DNA of 63,938 nucleotides, counting the filler, from Lenisia limosa (lineage: Eukaryota > Protista > Breviatea), in the NCBI GenBank assembly GCA_001655205.1. It is 13 parts of 13 records of this genome, joined end to end, with 100 filler letters (N's around TTAATTAATTAA, not from the genome) between each part and the next. Parts side by side here need not be neighbours in the genome. Positions count along the whole stretch, not along the records: positions 58,867 to 60,769 come from LPNZ01000139.1; positions 60,870 to 62,670 come from LPNZ01010828.1; positions 62,771 to 63,938 come from LPNZ01000347.1; 10 more parts are not named here. One strand, given 5' to 3'. Position numbers and translations under genes: made by a program. Positions 59,245-63,938 of this stretch are shown here, one piece after another (the first letter of the stretch is position 1; the number at the start of each line of letters is the position of its first letter). A model generated the notes under the pieces. The model worked only from the letters and a program-made list of their open reading frames with translations. It made no database searches and was not told the DNA's origin.

Positions 59245-59618
59245 GGCGTTTAGCCTTTTTTTGTACACTATTCTAGGTTTAAGGAATGCATTCTTCTCTG
59301 CTTGTATCACTTGGGTAACAATATCAATGAATCAAAGAAAAGAGCTCCATAAATCTAGCACACCATAAAGAAAACAATAGAATAACCTGAAAGACCTAGT
59401 TGGAAGCAGCTGTCCTGGCTGCAGCCTTCTCAGCCTTCTTCGACTCTGATATTGTGAAATCTCTTTTTATTGATGCTAACATATTAGCGTATCACATGAT
59501 TGACACACCAAAGACACCTCCCATCAAACCCCTCTTCAATCTTTGAAGCTCCTTGAGGGGAACAACAAGATGATTGGCATCCTTACGTCTGAAGTAATTA
59601 TAGGGGGAATCTTTCAAA

Positions 59619-60729
59619 TTAGGACAGGGCAGTTCCAGGAAGAGCAACAAACCTTGAGTAACCTTCTTCTTCATCATCATTCTTGCCCTTCATGTGCTTC
59701 TTTGAGTCAGGACGGTAGGACTTGCGAACCGAACCACCACCGGCGTCGCCTCCAGCAAGTCTGGCTCGGACCTGGGGCATCAAGGAACAGTCAAGGGAAC
59801 TGCCTTTATTCGAGAGTAGAAAAGGGATGTAATCTGGTGCACTAAGGAGAATTGATACAATATCAAACGGCGACTTTTGCTCCAGCAAGTCGTCTTATTT
59901 ACGCCACAAGAGACGAACCTGCCTCTGTTTGAAGAAGAACTCCTTATCAGCTTCGCCAACAGTTTGAGGTGCCTCGGTCTGAGAAGTAAACACAGGAAAT
60001 AGACAAGAAAAATATCAAAATGTAATTATTCATGTTTTTCTGAACAACCTTATAGTGCTTCTCAGGCTTATGAATAGCATCCATTTGAGAGTCCTCCAGC
60101 GCAGCTAAAAAATGTTAGTTCTTCAAAAAGGACACCCTCCTTATTGAAAGGTCACAGTTTGCTTTGCACTTCACTATGTATGCTGCAGGATACTCAAATC
60201 TCCAGGAAAAGGAGAGGTGAAACAATAAACAGTTCCTTCCCAAACGTGATAATTTCTAAACATGTACCTGAATTAATTCCATTTTTAGATGAAAATTAAC
60301 ACTCCGCATACCCTGAAGTTCTTCATCAGGTTCACTTTCAGCGTTCTCGTCACCGTCTTCAGCATGTTCCTCGTCCACCTCCGGCTCAGCCTCAGCCTCA
60401 GCCTCAGCGGGCTCGGCTTGCATGGCGGCCTTGGTCTCCTCCATTTCTTTCTTCTTGAGACCTGGCAGGTAAGTTTTGATTAGGATAGAAGACACTTTTT
60501 TTATTATATATCTCAAAGCTCACCAGGAGGAAGGGTGCCGTAAAGTAGCTTTCCGGAAATGTAGTCCTAGGCAATTAAGAAATCATGGGGGTACATCCTA
60601 GTTATTGAAAACAAACGAGAGTTCTCATACTTACCTTGATAATGTATCTTCCGATTCTTGAAACATCCGTATTGCCATGGCAGGACATGAAACCTCTGGT
60701 CTTGGCAACGGCTGAACCAAGCTCCTCTC
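59619..60729 (-). CDS. LSG1: Large-subunit GTPase LSG1, C-terminal part
   Basis: Exons 60729-60635, 60566-60524, 60461-60312, 60104-60049, 59978-59919, 59771-59619: RGFMSCHGNTDVSRIGRYIIKDYISGKLLYGTLPPG...acidic linker...DKEFF...KKH. Confidence 0.82.
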
Positions 60730-60869
60730 CTGAAACGTAAAGAGGGCAAAAAGAGTAGAAAGTTGAAGCNNNNNNNNNNNNNNNNNNNNNNNNNNNNNNN
60801 NNNNNNNNNNNNNTTAATTAATTAANNNNNNNNNNNNNNNNNNNNNNNNNNNNNNNNNNNNNNNNNNNN

Positions 60870-62513
60870 GAGTGAACACTCCGGAGCAGCGACCTGATAG
60901 AATGAGAACAGGGCTTGTTTTGAAAGTAAGAATATTAACACCAATGATGTTCAAGTAACCTGCACTTTATTGCAAAATTAAAATTTGCATTGGTTGGTAG
61001 TAGTAATATGTAACCGGAACTCTATTTTAGACCCTTTATTTCTGCAATTTCTAGCCCCCCAACTTCAATATCAAGGGTGAATGATGAGAAGAGCCTCATG
61101 ACCACCTCCACTTCAGCTGGCCAATTCACGTCAAACTGACCATATAATCCTGTCACCTGGGGGGGGGGGNNNNNNNNNNNNNNNNNNNNNNNNNNNNNNN
61201 NNNNNNNNNNNNNNNNNNNNNNNNNNNNNNNNNNNNNNNNNNNNNNNNNNNNNNNNNNNNNNNNNNNNNNNNNNNNNCGTCATCATTTAGTCCACAAATC
61301 CTTCCTTATCGGCAACAATGTATGATAATAATGGTGATAGTGATGATACAAAGTATGATGATAATAACAGTAATGCCACACTCTACTATGATGGTGGTAG
61401 TATTGATCATGGCTTCCCTACGGTCCCCCAAAAGACATTTTCTCGATAAATCCTCGATTAACATCGATATTTTACCGGTCTTTTTAGGACAGTAGGGAAG
61501 CCCTAGTGATGATGAAGACGCTGATAAGGAAGATCATCACTATCACAATTATTTTCAGCAAAACATTAATATTATCAACCCCCTATATTTTGATAACAGT
61601 TGAATCATCATCAACAACATTTATTTTAAGTTCTACCTCAGGTTTCACTTAAGTTCGGGAAAATATCGAGGACTTCTCGAGGAATTCAGTCTTTTTCAAA
61701 ACCGAAGTGAAGCCCGAGATCCACCATCACCATTTGTTTAATATTCGAATTTTGGAGCATACCTGCAGGAAGGCAAGGAGAATTCTCAGCGCACCCCATC
61801 TCGAAAACAAAGAGGGACGATAGGACATGTAAAAGGTGCTGGAGGAGGGGGTGAAAAAGAAAAAAAAGAAAGAAAAAAAACAACAACAAATGGGGGGGGG
61901 GGGGNNNNNNNNNNNNNNNNNNNNNNNNNNNNNNNNNNNNNNNNNNNNNNNNNNNNNNNNNNAACACAACACATACGTTTGAGGCTCACAAGAGTTAAAA
62001 CAACAAAACAACAGGCTAGTGGCTTCTGCAGCACCCAAACACCCTCCTACAAAACCACAAGTAAAATAAACACCAGGGCAGCAAGCGGGAGGATGAACTT
62101 GTCACTAAAAAGAATGAGAGTAAATTCTAGCTTTGGAAAGGACTTCTTTAGTATGCTTTCAATAATGTCTCTTTATCTTATTTTCACAGATGAGACAATG
62201 TAAAACAGACTGGCCAGAAATCTGACACAAGTGCTGTTATCTTTGTTCATCTTTTTCGACTCAAAAGTTGTTCATATTCATACAAATGCTGTTCTTCGTT
62301 CATCTTGTTTCGACTCAAAAGTTGTCCATATGATCATGCCTTAGTAGAAATACCCCCCCTTTCCCACTTTTCTGAGCACTTCTTGCACGAAAGGCTTCGT
62401 TTGTAATAACCAGTGCTACAGGCCGCGCAGAGCCCTCCCTCGTAACCCTCAGCACAGGTTCCACTGTTGATGCAGGCGTTTGGCAGGGGGCATGGCAGGA
62501 ATACTATTGGGTC
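60870..62513 (-). CDS. Cys-rich ectodomain + multi-TM protein (TRP_C-like protist family), internal part
   Basis: CPLPNACINSGTCAEGYEGGLCAACSTGYYKRSLSCKKCS, TM FILPLAALVFILLVV, then ALRILLAFLQ|VTGLYGQFDVNWPAEV...FSSFTLDIE|VAAPECS (RIxxxFxQ, WP and PEC motifs). Confidence 0.72.
61411..61505. mobile_element. hAT-like MITE, subfamily 2
   Basis: GGCTTCCCTACGGTCC...GGACAGTAGGGAAGCCCTA; flanks TTGATCAT / GTGATGAT (6/8). Confidence 0.8.
61638..61717. mobile_element. hAT-like MITE, degenerate subfamily 1
   Basis: AGGTTTCACTTAAGTTCGG...ACCGAAGTGAAGCCC. Confidence 0.65.
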
Positions 62514-63061
62514 CTGTATCGTGAGAATTGTCAAATAAAAAGGAAACAAATACTGGGGGAAAAGAAAGAAAAACAAATGAAAAAAGACAGGAAAAACAAA
62601 TAATACAAATGGATAACACTGAATACGAATCACAAAAGACCCACAAAACCCACAAAACCCCTCCAACAATNNNNNNNNNNNNNNNNNNNNNNNNNNNNNN
62701 NNNNNNNNNNNNNNTTAATTAATTAANNNNNNNNNNNNNNNNNNNNNNNNNNNNNNNNNNNNNNNNNNNNTTTCAAAAGAGAAATCTAGATCGAGTCGAC
62801 ATAAATGGAATAAGTTCAGTTCAGTTCAGTGATTTTTTTTGTGTGTTTTATTATCCCAAGAAATTTTCTTCTTTTATTTAAAACCATTTTTAAATAAAAC
62901 TGGGCAATTTTTGGGATATATATCGCAATTATGATAAAATAAACGAAAAAAAAAAAGTCTGATGTTCACGGTCAGGTTATGTTCACAGTCAGGTTAGTGT
63001 TCACGGTCAGGTTTATACAAACAACTTTCCGTGTCACTGTAATAACATCGCTAACCAACCT

Positions 63062-63880
63062 TCAAAACAGTTTTTTTGGGTACTGCCCCTTTAGCTGAAT
63101 TGGGGGTTGGTGCATTTGAGGAAGTAGAGAGCTATGTGATAAGGAAAACACCGCTCCTACAAGTGAAACCTCCCATTTGACACCAGTTTTCTTCGATATT
63201 GGAGTTGACGGTAGAGAAGTATCTCTAGATTGGAAAGGAGATGGAGAAGATTCAATCATCTATTTAGCAGGTTAGGAGCGAACATAGGAGTATAAAAACA
63301 AGATTGTGTTTCGTGTGTTTTGCAAAATACTAAGGACAACATTCTCTTCAAGCTTACTTTTCTCTCTGGGAAGAAGGATATATTTCTTCTTGTGTTTTGC
63401 ACTAACTGCTCCTCTCGAACTAAAATAAAAATTATCAATATAGTAATAGAAGCATCACAGTTAAACAACCACCGATAACTTTTTTTCAAAAAAAAAAACA
63501 GTTGGGAACTACCATTAGTTGGAGATTGGCTGCAATGTAACGACGGGGTGAACTCTTTGGCATGATCTGAACATAAATAGAGGAGTAATAACTGCGTACT
63601 TCTCAACTCCATCGGAAGAGTTGACCTAACTCTCTTTTTGAAAAACGTTATTCTGGGTACAGGTATCATCGGTGAAGTACGTAGGACTACCAACTGTGAC
63701 ATTGGCTCGTCTTCTTCAGTTCCTGGCCTTGCAGTTGACCTGCGCTTGGTGGGTTTGAATTTCTTCTGGTCACCAATGCGAGGTGGAGAGGAAGGTGGTG
63801 TTCGGTATGGGGAAAAATCATCTTTCAAAGATAGGAGTGAAGGCATTTGTCTTGCATAGGGGTGCTGTCCTCGGAGACAA
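63062..63880 (-). CDS. Putative coding region, Pro/Ser/Lys-rich, unknown product
   Basis: 196-aa and 65-aa stop-free frames; exon borders not resolved. Confidence 0.3.
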
Positions 63881-63938
63881 GGTAAATTATATTTCGTTTG
63901 AGAATGCGTTTTTTTTTTTTGGTTTTTTTTTTTTTTTT

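Noticed and set aside
21736-62726. Twelve TTAATTAATTAA motifs as regulatory sites or a biological repeat
   Set aside because: Each is centred in exactly 44 N + 12 + 44 N, so it is a six-frame-stop assembly spacer. Neighbouring genes across it are not real neighbours.
1-63938. Alternative genetic code or stop-codon readthrough
   Set aside because: All rebuilt genes translate without in-frame stops under the standard code, and the well-supported ends (TNFR-like gene, PDI, CCT4) are TAA.

Overview
Intron-rich eukaryotic genomic DNA, probably from a unicellular eukaryote (inferred; I cannot name the taxon). It is an artificial concatenation: twelve 100-bp spacers (44 N + TTAATTAATTAA + 44 N) join 13 small scaffolds, so gene order across spacers has no biological meaning. 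Most six-frame ORFs are shadows or run through N gaps, and the real genes had to be rebuilt exon by exon. Recognisable genes: a >=34-exon Cys-rich protein with furin-like repeats and 13 tandem TNFR-like units (167-14105), an SRSF7/RSZ-type splicing factor, an AAAP amino-acid transporter, a complete PDI, a DUG3/EgtC-type amidotransferase, TFIIB, a Kelch+SAM protein, a GPH/MFS transporter, a membrane class III nucleotidyl cyclase with only a C1-type half-site, a frameshifted Ulp1/C48 protease, CCT4, LSG1 and a Cys-rich multi-TM protein. Introns carry three MITE families (hAT-, Tc1/mariner- and CACTA-like ends) and two non-TIR repeat families found almost only on the sense strand. Introns also show a G-run-after-donor / C-run-before-acceptor polarity. 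No rRNA, tRNA or CRISPR array was seen.
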